From Planctomycetota bacterium (lineage in GTDB: Bacteria; Planctomycetota; Phycisphaerae; Phycisphaerales; SM1A02), in NCBI GenBank assembly GCA_022560875.1, contig JADFSH010000022.1, forward strand, positions 1 to 37,314: a stretch of 37,314 nt of DNA, in the 5' to 3' direction. Below the pieces are notes generated by a model that searched no databases, was not told the DNA's origin, and saw only the letters and a program-made list of their open reading frames with translations. Shown one piece after another: positions 17,154 through 25,638 of the stretch. Both the position numbers and the translations under genes were made by a program. Every line of letters starts with the position of its first letter. Position 1 is the first letter of the stretch.

Positions 17154-18023
17154 ATGTCCCGACGCTATGACATGCTTGTGATCGATCTTGACGGCACGCT
17201 TCTCGACCGTCGGGGAAGAGTCTCGTCTGAGAACCGAAAGGCCGTTTCCCGGGCTCGACAAGAGGGTCTGGAACTCATCATCGCCACCGGGCGGGCTCTG
17301 GTGGAATCTGCCGAACCCCTGAAACAGATCAAACACGATCATTTGGTCGTAGCGGCCGGGGGATCGTTGCTCTGTAATGCCGCCGATGGCCGCACCCTTG
17401 AGCGTCGAATCATGCCCCTTGATCTCGTGGAGGATATCACTCGCTGTCTGCTGGGCCATGGCCATAAGGTGCTCGTGCTGAAGGACGCCGATGCAACCGG
17501 TTACGACTACCTTGCCGTCGGACCGGATGAACTGGACCCTGCCTCGCAGTGGTGGTTTGAGGTGATGGCCAGTACGGTTCGATTCGTACCTTCACTCGAG
17601 GATGATCCTCATCCTACGGATACGGTGCGGGTGGGGGTGGTCGCCACCGGTTCCGAATTGGCCCCAATCGTACACCAACTCGAGTCAGAACTCGGCGATC
17701 GGGCGTTTCTCCAGCATTGGCCGGCGGTGACATCTTCTCGCGCCATTCGATCATCAACCCATTTGCTGGAAGTCTTCAATCCCGAAGTCAACAAATGGAC
17801 GATGGTGGAGCCATATTCGTCGAGTCGGGGGATTGACCCTCAGAGAATCGCGGCAATCGGGGACGGACTGAATGATGTGGAAATTCTTCGAGAGTGCGGC
17901 TTGGGTATCGCCATGGCCAATGCATGTAAGCCGGTGCTGAAAGTGGCCGATCAGGTCACGGGCGGCAACAATGATCATGGCGTCGCCTCGGCCATCGAAC
18001 ATATTCTTGATGGCACCTGGTAA
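17154..18023 (+). CDS. Cof-type HAD-IIB family hydrolase (sugar-phosphatase-like)
   Basis: ORF 16857..18023, but its 5' 300 nt overlaps the kinase gene. Start at ATG 17154 gives 'MSRRYDMLVIDLDGTLLD' (HAD motif I DxDGT). 'IIATGR' (motif II). 'AAIGDGLNDVEILRECGLGIAMANA' (motifs III/IV, Cof-type GDGxND). Confidence 0.8.
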   Translation: MSRRYDMLVIDLDGTLLDRRGRVSSENRKAVSRARQEGLELIIATGRALVESAEPLKQIKHDHLVVAAGGSLLCNAADGRTLERRIMPLDLVEDITRCLLGHGHKVLVLKDADATGYDYLAVGPDELDPASQWWFEVMASTVRFVPSLEDDPHPTDTVRVGVVATGSELAPIVHQLESELGDRAFLQHWPAVTSSRAIRSSTHLLEVFNPEVNKWTMVEPYSSSRGIDPQRIAAIGDGLNDVEILRECGLGIAMANACKPVLKVADQVTGGNNDHGVASAIEHILDGTW

Positions 18024-18046
18024 TCCCTCCGGGACAACAACCATCT

Positions 18047-21000
18047 ATGATGCCGGTTGGTAACGTGAAACAGACGAACGTTCAAATGCGACATGCCGTA
18101 CTCGGCTGCCATGAGGGATATCATCTACTCTCAGCGCAGGAAGTGATCCTTAAAAGCGTCCTGGAGTCGGAATCGCGTATTGCCCTGATTGCCGGTCCGA
18201 AGCACGATCCTTTTCAACCTGTCTTCGGGATCACCTCGATTGCCGCGATTTCCGAATTGATGGCCCGTCACGAAACCGAGATCGTCCCGACGCACGACGC
18301 GGGACGCGCGGTCCGACTGGCGATGTATGCGGCACAATCCGGCCAGAAGGCCTTGGCCCTCGTGCCGAACAGTATGCTCGATCAAACCATCGCTGGTCTG
18401 ACGGAAGCATCTATCGGTCAGTTTGAAAAGGGGGGGGCGGTCTGCCTGATACTCGAGGATCATCCCGAACACGCGCCGGCATCCTGCCCGCGCCGGGCGG
18501 CGTTTCGTTTGGGACTCCCCTGTCTGGAACCGCGTGATATCGCTGAACTCAGACACACCATCGAAAATGCTCTGAGGTTGAGCCGAGCCGGCGGATGTCC
18601 CATCGCCCTTGTCCTGCACTGTTCGATTCTCCAATCGGCAAGTACGATGGAAGTGAAGCCGAATCGTGTGCCGAATCTGACCGATGTGGTTCTTCCCAGT
18701 CGTCGCCGATCACCGAAGCCCCGCTGGGGGGAAACCGGCGGCGTTCTGAGGATGGCAAGACGTCTTGAACTCAATCGATTCCGCGCCCTGCCCAGTCCCG
18801 GCGAACGGATTCCGGTAGGATTCATCACGGTCGGACCCGCTGACAGTTCGATGCTGCATCTTGCAGGTATGCTCGGATTGCAGGGACGAATCCCGGTTTT
18901 GAATCTGGGAATGATTTACCCGCTGGATGAACTGGCGGTTGAAAGAATCCTGAATCGGTGTGAGCAAGTCGTGATTCTCGAACCGAGACCGGGAACGATC
19001 GAGATGAGTGTCATGTCCGTCGCGGAAATTCTTCGCCGGCGCGGTCAACGACCCGCATCGGTCTGGGGGCAGATGCTGCCGCCTTCAGATATCGATGAAG
19101 AAATTCTCATGGAGTCGGATGTCGATCTTCATCCTTCGGTCCTGGTCCGGAAGATCATTCATCTGCTCCACCTTCTGAGGCCGGGCTTTGAAATCGTTTC
19201 CGCCCTCAATCCTGATGTACCGGGTCTTTCGGTCGATCTGCCCCCCCGAAGTTCCGCTATTGGTTCCGACGCTTCGCTGGCGGTGGTGAGGGAAATGATA
19301 GAGGCGACGGATCGATGGCTGGTGGATCAAGCTCCGCTGGAGGTACGGAACATTCCGGAAACGGCGTTGTCCAGGGACGGGAGAAAGGCAGGTCGCCCTG
19401 TTTCGCGTATCGTCCGGATGGAAACATGGGGGCATCGGCGGTTTCAATATGAAGGCATTGCCGCGCTCATTCAGGCGGCGAATGACAACCGGCCTTGGGT
19501 GTTCATGATCTGTGAGACAACGGACGAGGATGGACAGGATCTGGAGCGGCTGGCGCGGGGGGCGATTCCCTCAGATAGAGCGGCACGAGTCCATATCGAA
19601 AACGGCAATCTTGATGATCAGGCAGCCCTGCTTGAGACTCTGCATATCGCGGTTTTGTCTGATGATCTGACCATCATCATTGTCCGGGACGGTCCGCCGC
19701 CAAGATATGACATCACGGCCATCGAACGCGGGATGATGGAAATAGACCGTCTCGGTTATCAACCCCGCCATCGGCTTGTTCGTTTCATCGATTATGCCTG
19801 TTCCCTTCATCAAACGTCAAGCGATCTTTCCGTTGAAAATCGATCAGGACGTGAACCAAAGGGGCTTGAAACCAATATCAGCGTCGATCATCTCTCCCGA
19901 CGCACCACGACGGGCCCGCGCATGCGACTCAAGCCCATGTTCGAGCAGATCGAGGTGATCAGAACCCGATCACCCGCGCGGATCTGGCAAAGCGAAAAAA
20001 CATCTCGCCTGCCCATTCCCACTCCGTTACACGGAAGCCGGAGCCTCTGGCGTGCCCATCTGGCGGGTTATCGCAGTCGCTCCCCCGGGGTGACGGCCAT
20101 GGTGTTGTGTGAAGCGGGTCGTCTCATGGGCTATGCGGTCAAGAGCCGGTACAATCCGACCCCGATCGGTGCCGGGAGGCGGGCCTGGGCGGAAATACTT
20201 TTCACGCAAACTGAAAACGGTGAATCGTCACGTGATGTTTCCGTGGCGGTGCCCTACGGAGAAGCTGATCTACTCCTGGGCATGGATGTGCTGGAGACCT
20301 TCCGAAGCATCGGCCCTGATCCCGTGCTGCGAGTGGCGGATGTCCGTCGCACCGGGGCGATTGTCAATCTCGGGCTTCTCAGCGACGAGCAGGACAACGA
20401 GCAGTCGGCGGAGATTCGCGAGAAATTCATTCATTGTGCGAAGCAATGCATCCTTGAGAAGCATCAGCACTTCGGAGATTTCGCCACCGCTTGTCGGCGG
20501 GCATTTCACAGTGATCGCGTCGTGGATGTGGTCATGATCGGGGCTGCCTATCAGCACGGCCTGATTCCGGTGACGCTTGATGCGATCAAGGAAGCGCTGA
20601 AACACGTCGAAATGAAAGGGTACGGCGGGACGGAAGACGCATTTGATTTCGGCAGGCGATTGGCGGTTCATCCGGAGTTGTTCACTCGACAGAAAGCCAA
20701 GCGAGAGGAGGGGGTTGGCAAAATCGCCCGCCGCATGGAACTCTCATTGGCTCGTTCGCGGTGGTGGGGCAACATTCAGGCCAGTCGATTTCGGGGGCTG
20801 GTTCAGCGCAGCCTCAAGGCGATGCCGGGCCTAGCGGAAACGGATGCGGGTCGGAAAACCCGTCGCTTGTTCGTGATCGCACTGCATCGGTGTCTCATCT
20901 GGGGCGGCTTCGATTACGCGGAACGGTACTGCGACCTCATTACCCAGTTGTATCTTGCGGATCGCGGTGATCAGGGGCGGTTGATCACCCGAGATGCCAT

Positions 21001-21478
21001 TCTGCCGCTCGCCGAAGCCATGTTGATCCGAGATCCCATTTACATGGCCGCCATGGTGTGCTCACCGGAACAACGGCGTCGGACTCGACAACAACTCAAC
21101 GTGAAACTGGCCCGGGGTGATCGCGTTGAACTTCGATATCTCACGCGTCTGGAAATCATGTTTCGGGAGAAGCGATTTCGAATGGACCTGAAGACCAGCG
21201 ACTGGGCGGCAAGACTCATCGCATCTCTCCGACGAATTATCCCGCTGCGTTGGAGAGGTACCATCCGCAATCGTAAGCTTCGAGCATACGTCGAGGAGTT
21301 TGTCCGGCGCACGACCATCAAGGGAATGCATGACTATGAAGCGACCAGAGGAACATTCACGGTACTGCACGAACTTGCCAGAGAGAACCGGCTCCGGGGC
21401 ATGACCGCCGGTGAACTTAAACTCCGACTGGAGGCCGAGATTGAGACGGTTGCCACGCAGGAAAACAAGCCAACCTGA
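18047..21478 (+). CDS. large (1143 aa) indolepyruvate/2-oxoacid:ferredoxin oxidoreductase (IorA) family protein, highly divergent; the canonical ThDP GDG motif is not conserved
   Basis: N-terminal blocks align with the POR/IOR pyrimidine-binding domain pattern ('LPCLEPRDIAELRHTIENALRLSRAGGCPIALVLHCSIL' vs the IOR 'IPVLEPSDsQEakDm..yAfELSEkfdlPVllRttTR'). The central 'WVFMICETTDEDGQDL...LTIIIVRDG' sits where IORs have 'VaviGDStFFHSG...vTviILDN', so GDS/GDG is replaced by ETT. C-terminal 'DVVMIGAAYQHGLIPVTLDAIKEALKHVEMKGYGGTEDAFDFGRRLAVHPE' matches the conserved IOR C-terminal domain block (FlLGyAwQkGlvPlslEAi..AI.LNG..ve.N..AF.wGRraA.dP). No CxxCxxC ferredoxin motif was found. Confidence 0.55.
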   Translation: MMPVGNVKQTNVQMRHAVLGCHEGYHLLSAQEVILKSVLESESRIALIAGPKHDPFQPVFGITSIAAISELMARHETEIVPTHDAGRAVRLAMYAAQSGQKALALVPNSMLDQTIAGLTEASIGQFEKGGAVCLILEDHPEHAPASCPRRAAFRLGLPCLEPRDIAELRHTIENALRLSRAGGCPIALVLHCSILQSASTMEVKPNRVPNLTDVVLPSRRRSPKPRWGETGGVLRMARRLELNRFRALPSPGERIPVGFITVGPADSSMLHLAGMLGLQGRIPVLNLGMIYPLDELAVERILNRCEQVVILEPRPGTIEMSVMSVAEILRRRGQRPASVWGQMLPPSDIDEEILMESDVDLHPSVLVRKIIHLLHLLRPGFEIVSALNPDVPGLSVDLPPRSSAIGSDASLAVVREMIEATDRWLVDQAPLEVRNIPETALSRDGRKAGRPVSRIVRMETWGHRRFQYEGIAALIQAANDNRPWVFMICETTDEDGQDLERLARGAIPSDRAARVHIENGNLDDQAALLETLHIAVLSDDLTIIIVRDGPPPRYDITAIERGMMEIDRLGYQPRHRLVRFIDYACSLHQTSSDLSVENRSGREPKGLETNISVDHLSRRTTTGPRMRLKPMFEQIEVIRTRSPARIWQSEKTSRLPIPTPLHGSRSLWRAHLAGYRSRSPGVTAMVLCEAGRLMGYAVKSRYNPTPIGAGRRAWAEILFTQTENGESSRDVSVAVPYGEADLLLGMDVLETFRSIGPDPVLRVADVRRTGAIVNLGLLSDEQDNEQSAEIREKFIHCAKQCILEKHQHFGDFATACRRAFHSDRVVDVVMIGAAYQHGLIPVTLDAIKEALKHVEMKGYGGTEDAFDFGRRLAVHPELFTRQKAKREEGVGKIARRMELSLARSRWWGNIQASRFRGLVQRSLKAMPGLAETDAGRKTRRLFVIALHRCLIWGGFDYAERYCDLITQLYLADRGDQGRLITRDAILPLAEAMLIRDPIYMAAMVCSPEQRRRTRQQLNVKLARGDRVELRYLTRLEIMFREKRFRMDLKTSDWAARLIASLRRIIPLRWRGTIRNRKLRAYVEEFVRRTTIKGMHDYEATRGTFTVLHELARENRLRGMTAGELKLRLEAEIETVATQENKPT

Positions 21479-21507
21479 CCTCCACTCGTGACAAATTATC
21501 CCGCCGC

Positions 21508-22608
21508 TCAGGCCGGCTTGATTTCTCGCCTGGATTCATGACGGAGTTGTCCACACGCTGCGGCAATGTTCCGCCCCCGGCTGGCGCGGATATGCGTGTT
21601 GATGTGAAGTTTTCGGAGGGTTTCCTGAAACCGGCGAACATCCTCTGATCGCGGCCGTTCGTAGGGCAGGCCGGGCACCTCGTTGTACCGGATGAGATTG
21701 ACGTTGGCGCGAATATTTTTCGCGGTGAGAGCGAGCTCCCGGGCGTGCTCGATCTTGTCATTGATCCCGCGCAACAGGAGATATTCCAAGGTGATCTCCC
21801 GGCCGGTTTTCTGAAAATACTCCTGGCAGGCGTCGATCAACTCTTCGATGGTCACGTAATCAGCCCAGGGGATGAGCGTGCGCCGGATCTCGTCGTTCGG
21901 GGCGTGCAAACTCAGGGCGAGCGTGACGGGAATTTCGAAATCGACGAGCTTGCGGATCGCTCCGGGCAGGCCGACCGTGGAGACGGTGATCTTCCGCGCG
22001 CTGATCCCGTACCCCCACGGCGCGTTGATAGTCCGTATGGCGTTGGTTACCGCGGAGAAGTTCGACAACGGCTCCCCCATGCCCATGAACACCACGTTGG
22101 TGATGCGCCCGACGTCCTCCAGATGATTCAGCCGATGAATCTGCTCCACGATCATGCCCGCGGACAGGTTGCCATCCAATCCCCCCAGACCTGAAGCGCA
22201 GAACGTGCATCCAACCGGGCAGCCGATCTGACTGGAGACACACGCGGTCTTTCGAGTGTCCGTCGGAATCATCACCGATTCCGTCTCGCGTCCGGCGCCT
22301 GATTCGAGGATGGGAAGACCAGGTTTTGTCGGGGGCTGGTCCCAGTCGATGAGGAGCTTCTGCGTGCCGTCGGAATCGCACTGGTGTCCGGTGACGCTTC
22401 CCTGCTCGAAAATCATGTGATCAACAAGGACATCACAATTCCGCCCGGAAATATTGGTCATGTTTTCCGGATCAGTGACCCCCTTGTCGTACACCCATTC
22501 CCGCAACTGAGTGCCGAGAAAGTGCGGCAAGTCATGCTGCCGACAAAAGTCACTGAGGTCATCGGGGGTGAGGTCAAAGAACGCGCACGGCCCGGTTTCC
22601 GTGGTCAC
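21508..22608 (-). CDS. rlmN: 23S rRNA (adenine2503-C2)/tRNA methyltransferase, radical SAM
   Basis: 366 aa. Radical-SAM Cys cluster 'SSQIGCPVGCTFCASG' (CxxxCxxC) and 'VVFMGMGEPL' match the RlmN/Cfr family blocks. An N-terminal helical domain is also present. Confidence 0.9.
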   Translation of the reverse strand: MTTETGPCAFFDLTPDDLSDFCRQHDLPHFLGTQLREWVYDKGVTDPENMTNISGRNCDVLVDHMIFEQGSVTGHQCDSDGTQKLLIDWDQPPTKPGLPILESGAGRETESVMIPTDTRKTACVSSQIGCPVGCTFCASGLGGLDGNLSAGMIVEQIHRLNHLEDVGRITNVVFMGMGEPLSNFSAVTNAIRTINAPWGYGISARKITVSTVGLPGAIRKLVDFEIPVTLALSLHAPNDEIRRTLIPWADYVTIEELIDACQEYFQKTGREITLEYLLLRGINDKIEHARELALTAKNIRANVNLIRYNEVPGLPYERPRSEDVRRFQETLRKLHINTHIRASRGRNIAAACGQLRHESRREIKPA

Positions 22609-23663
22609 GCCGTCGCCCCGATCGTGAGGTCCACCGTACGACAGGGTATGTCATGGTCGTCCAGCCATGCCTTGATGGCGACGGCATTATCCATGGTGAT
22701 TCGCCTTCCGGTGGGGTCTATACCCCGCTTACGCATGAACTGCTTGAGGGTACCGGGCAGGCCGAATTCGACATGCTCATGGAAGAGATCGTGCTGCTCT
22801 ACCTCGCCATCGTAGACGTTGACGAGATGGAGTATCAGATCCTTGACCAGATCTTCCGGAGCACTCGCCCCGGCGGTGACCAGAACGGTGTGGATGTCAT
22901 CGAACCAGGTATCTTGAAGTTCCGATTCATCGTCGATCAGGTACGCGGTCGTTCCGGATGCTTCGGCGATTTCCCGCAATCGCTCAGAGTTGGAACTGTT
23001 CTTGCTTCCCACCACCAGCACGAGATCGCAGCTTGAGGCGAGATACCGCACGGCCTTCTGGCGGTTGGTCGTGGCGTAACAGATGTCGTCGCTCGGAGGA
23101 TCCTTGATGTTCGGAAACGCCTGCTTTAGGGCTTCGATACAGACATTTGCATCATCCACGCTGAGCGTGGTCTGAGTGAGATACACTAATTTGTCGGGAT
23201 CCTGGATCGTCAGATGTTTGATATCGTCCGGAGATTCCACGATCTGAATGGACTCCGGGGCTTCACCTCGCGTTCCGATGATTTCCTGGTGATCCTGATG
23301 GCCGATGAGCAGAATTTGATAGCCTTTCTCGGCATATCGAATCGCCTCGGCATGGACCTTGGTGACGAGCGGGCACGTCGCATCGACAACCGTCAGCGAG
23401 CGAATCGCCGCCTGCTTTCGCATCGCGGGGCTGACGCCATGCGCGCTGAACACCAGGGTGGAACCCACCGGAACGTCTTCAATATCCTCGACGAAGGTGA
23501 CGCCCCGATCGCGGAATCGATCGACGACATGACGGTTGTGAACGATCTCATGATGCACGTATATCTTCTCTCCGGGACAGATGTCGAGCAGTTGATTGAC
23601 GACATCGACGGCCATGTACACGCCCGCACAGAAACCTCTTGGATTGGCAAGAACGATCTTCAT
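22605..23663 (-). CDS. ispH: 4-hydroxy-3-methylbut-2-enyl diphosphate reductase
   Basis: ORF 22605..23729. Start placed at ATG 23663 'MKIVLANPRGFCAGVYMAV' (the IspH/LytB N-terminal signature with the first cluster Cys). Conserved 'VVDATCPLVTKVH' (second Cys) and 'SSNSERL' (SxN motif) with a third Cys region. ~40-aa C-terminal extension. The stop overlaps the rlmN start (ATGA). Confidence 0.9.
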   Translation of the reverse strand: MKIVLANPRGFCAGVYMAVDVVNQLLDICPGEKIYVHHEIVHNRHVVDRFRDRGVTFVEDIEDVPVGSTLVFSAHGVSPAMRKQAAIRSLTVVDATCPLVTKVHAEAIRYAEKGYQILLIGHQDHQEIIGTRGEAPESIQIVESPDDIKHLTIQDPDKLVYLTQTTLSVDDANVCIEALKQAFPNIKDPPSDDICYATTNRQKAVRYLASSCDLVLVVGSKNSSNSERLREIAEASGTTAYLIDDESELQDTWFDDIHTVLVTAGASAPEDLVKDLILHLVNVYDGEVEQHDLFHEHVEFGLPGTLKQFMRKRGIDPTGRRITMDNAVAIKAWLDDHDIPCRTVDLTIGATA

Positions 23664-23782
23664 CGGAACTGGTACTCTCTTTCGGTCTGATGATAGCAGG
23701 AACAAAGATCCGGTCGCGTGCTTTTCCACGACAGGGGGGGCGGATACAGTGATGTTTACATTCCCAAACCTGACGATTCACG

Positions 23783-24745
23783 ATGTCCACCCTCACGATT
23801 GACAACCTGAAAACCTACGGCCCGGAGCGTTGTGCTCTACTCGACCTCAAGGAGGCGCAAGCCATGTGCCGGGGTCTGGCAATGGGGCATTATGAGAATT
23901 TCAGCGTGCTCTCAGTGGTGGTGCCCCGCGAGTTCCGGGATGATTTCGCCGCTCTGTACGCATTTTGTCGATGGGCGGATGATCTCGGGGATGAGATCAG
24001 CGATTCCGAGCGATCACTGGAACTGCTGTCGTGGTGGCGAAAGGAACTCAAACTGTGTTTCGCAGGCCAGCCGCGGCATCCAGTGTTTGTCGCTCTCCAG
24101 CCCGTCGTGGAGCGTCATGAGTTGCCTCTCGAGCCGTTCGACCGTCTCATTCAGGGTTTCGAGCAGGATCAGACCGTCAGTCGCTACGAGACGTGGGAAC
24201 AGTTGGTCGATTACTGCCGGCTCAGTGCCGATCCCGTGGGGCGACTGGTTTTGATGATCTGTGGCGAAGAGCGATCAGATGATCTCTTCCGCCTCAGCGA
24301 TGACATCTGTACCGCGCTCCAACTCACCAATCACTGGCAGGATATCCAGCGTGACATCCTCGATCGTGATCGAATCTATATTCCCAAAGAACTCAATTGC
24401 ATCGATGATTTTGAAGACCGCCTCATCCGCAGTGCAAAGCAGGGCTACTCAGTCGATCATTCTTTTCTGGGTGAGACCCGGGAACTCGTTCGTGATTGCG
24501 TTTCCCGCACCTGGAAACTCTTCGAGCGCGGGGAGAAGCTTTTAGAGAAGATCGGACCCGAATCGAAGGCCATCGTCTGGCTGCTCTCGTCGGGAGGGCA
24601 TCATGTCCTGAGGCAGATTGAGCTATGGAATTATGAAACAGTCCTGCATCGACCAAAGTTAGGTACACTCAGCAGACTTTACCTCGTGGCGAAGGCGTGG
24701 TTCATGGCGAGAAGCGCCCGAAGGCGAAAGGCGGCAAGTCCGTGA
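23783..24745 (+). CDS. hpnC: squalene/phytoene synthase family protein, hydroxysqualene synthase-type (HpnC-like)
   Basis: 320 aa. 'HYENFSVLS', 'LYAFCRWADDLGDE' (first Asp-rich DxxxD motif) and 'QLTNHWQDIQRDILDRDRIYIP' (second Asp-rich region) are hallmarks of the trans-isoprenyl diphosphate synthase head-to-head family. First of three consecutive hpn-type genes. Confidence 0.8.
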   Translation: MSTLTIDNLKTYGPERCALLDLKEAQAMCRGLAMGHYENFSVLSVVVPREFRDDFAALYAFCRWADDLGDEISDSERSLELLSWWRKELKLCFAGQPRHPVFVALQPVVERHELPLEPFDRLIQGFEQDQTVSRYETWEQLVDYCRLSADPVGRLVLMICGEERSDDLFRLSDDICTALQLTNHWQDIQRDILDRDRIYIPKELNCIDDFEDRLIRSAKQGYSVDHSFLGETRELVRDCVSRTWKLFERGEKLLEKIGPESKAIVWLLSSGGHHVLRQIELWNYETVLHRPKLGTLSRLYLVAKAWFMARSARRRKAASP

Positions 24746-24753
24746 CGGTGGCG

Positions 24754-25638
24754 ATGAATCAGTCCCTTGAGCAGGCACTCGAGCATTGCCGTCAGATCAC
24801 ACGCCGGCAGGCGAGGAATTTTTATTACGGTCTCAAGCTGACCCCCGAGCCGAAACGCTCCGCTCTGTACGCAATCTATGCATGGATGCGTCGCATCGAT
24901 GATATTGTTGATGATGCGGGGAAGGATTTCGACGACCTTCGCGAGCGGGTGGGGGAGTTTCGCGTCAAGACGGAAAAGGCGATCGCCGGCAATCCCCTCA
25001 ACGATGATCCCATCTGGATTTCCCTTGCCGATGTCGTGGCCCGTTTCGATCTGGAACCGGAGCACTTTCATTCGATGATCGAGGGCCAGCTCGACGATCT
25101 GACGACCAGGCATTATGAAACCTTCGAGGAACTTCGCCAGTATTGCTACCGGGTCGCATCAGTGGTCGGCCTGATCTGCATACAGATCTGGGGCTGTGAT
25201 AACCTGGACGGCAAGGAACTCGCCATCCAGCGTGGTATCGCGTTCCAACTCACCAATATCATCCGCGACTTTCGCGAAGACTTCGAGATGGGACGGGTGT
25301 ATCTGCCCGCCGAGGATTTCTCGCGTCATGACCTGACCCCGGAAGAATTGCGGGCCTGGTCGAAGCCGGATGCGTGCGCGAGGTTGATTCAGCAGCAGAT
25401 CACGCGGGCGGAAGAATTTTATCAATCGTCCCAACCGCTTGACGCCATGATCCACCCGTCGTGCTTCCCGGCCCTGGGGGCGATGACGGCAATCTATCAG
25501 GGCACCCTGGAGAAGATTCGTCGCGAGCCGTCTCGAATCGCCGGGCCGGCGCGGGTCAGCCTGAGTTCACTTCAGAAAAGCGCAATTGCCCTTCAGGCCA
25601 GGTGGCGCATCTTGAAGGCGAAGAACGGGGCGCCGTGA
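24754..25638 (+). CDS. hpnD: presqualene diphosphate synthase-type squalene/phytoene synthase family protein (HpnD-like)
   Basis: ORF 24697..25638. Start placed at ATG 24754 (MNQSLEQALEHCRQITRRQARNFYYGLKL). 'YAIYAWMRRIDDIVDD' (DxxxD) and 'QLTNIIRDFREDFEMGRVYLPAEDF' (second Asp-rich motif). Confidence 0.8.
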   Translation: MNQSLEQALEHCRQITRRQARNFYYGLKLTPEPKRSALYAIYAWMRRIDDIVDDAGKDFDDLRERVGEFRVKTEKAIAGNPLNDDPIWISLADVVARFDLEPEHFHSMIEGQLDDLTTRHYETFEELRQYCYRVASVVGLICIQIWGCDNLDGKELAIQRGIAFQLTNIIRDFREDFEMGRVYLPAEDFSRHDLTPEELRAWSKPDACARLIQQQITRAEEFYQSSQPLDAMIHPSCFPALGAMTAIYQGTLEKIRREPSRIAGPARVSLSSLQKSAIALQARWRILKAKNGAP

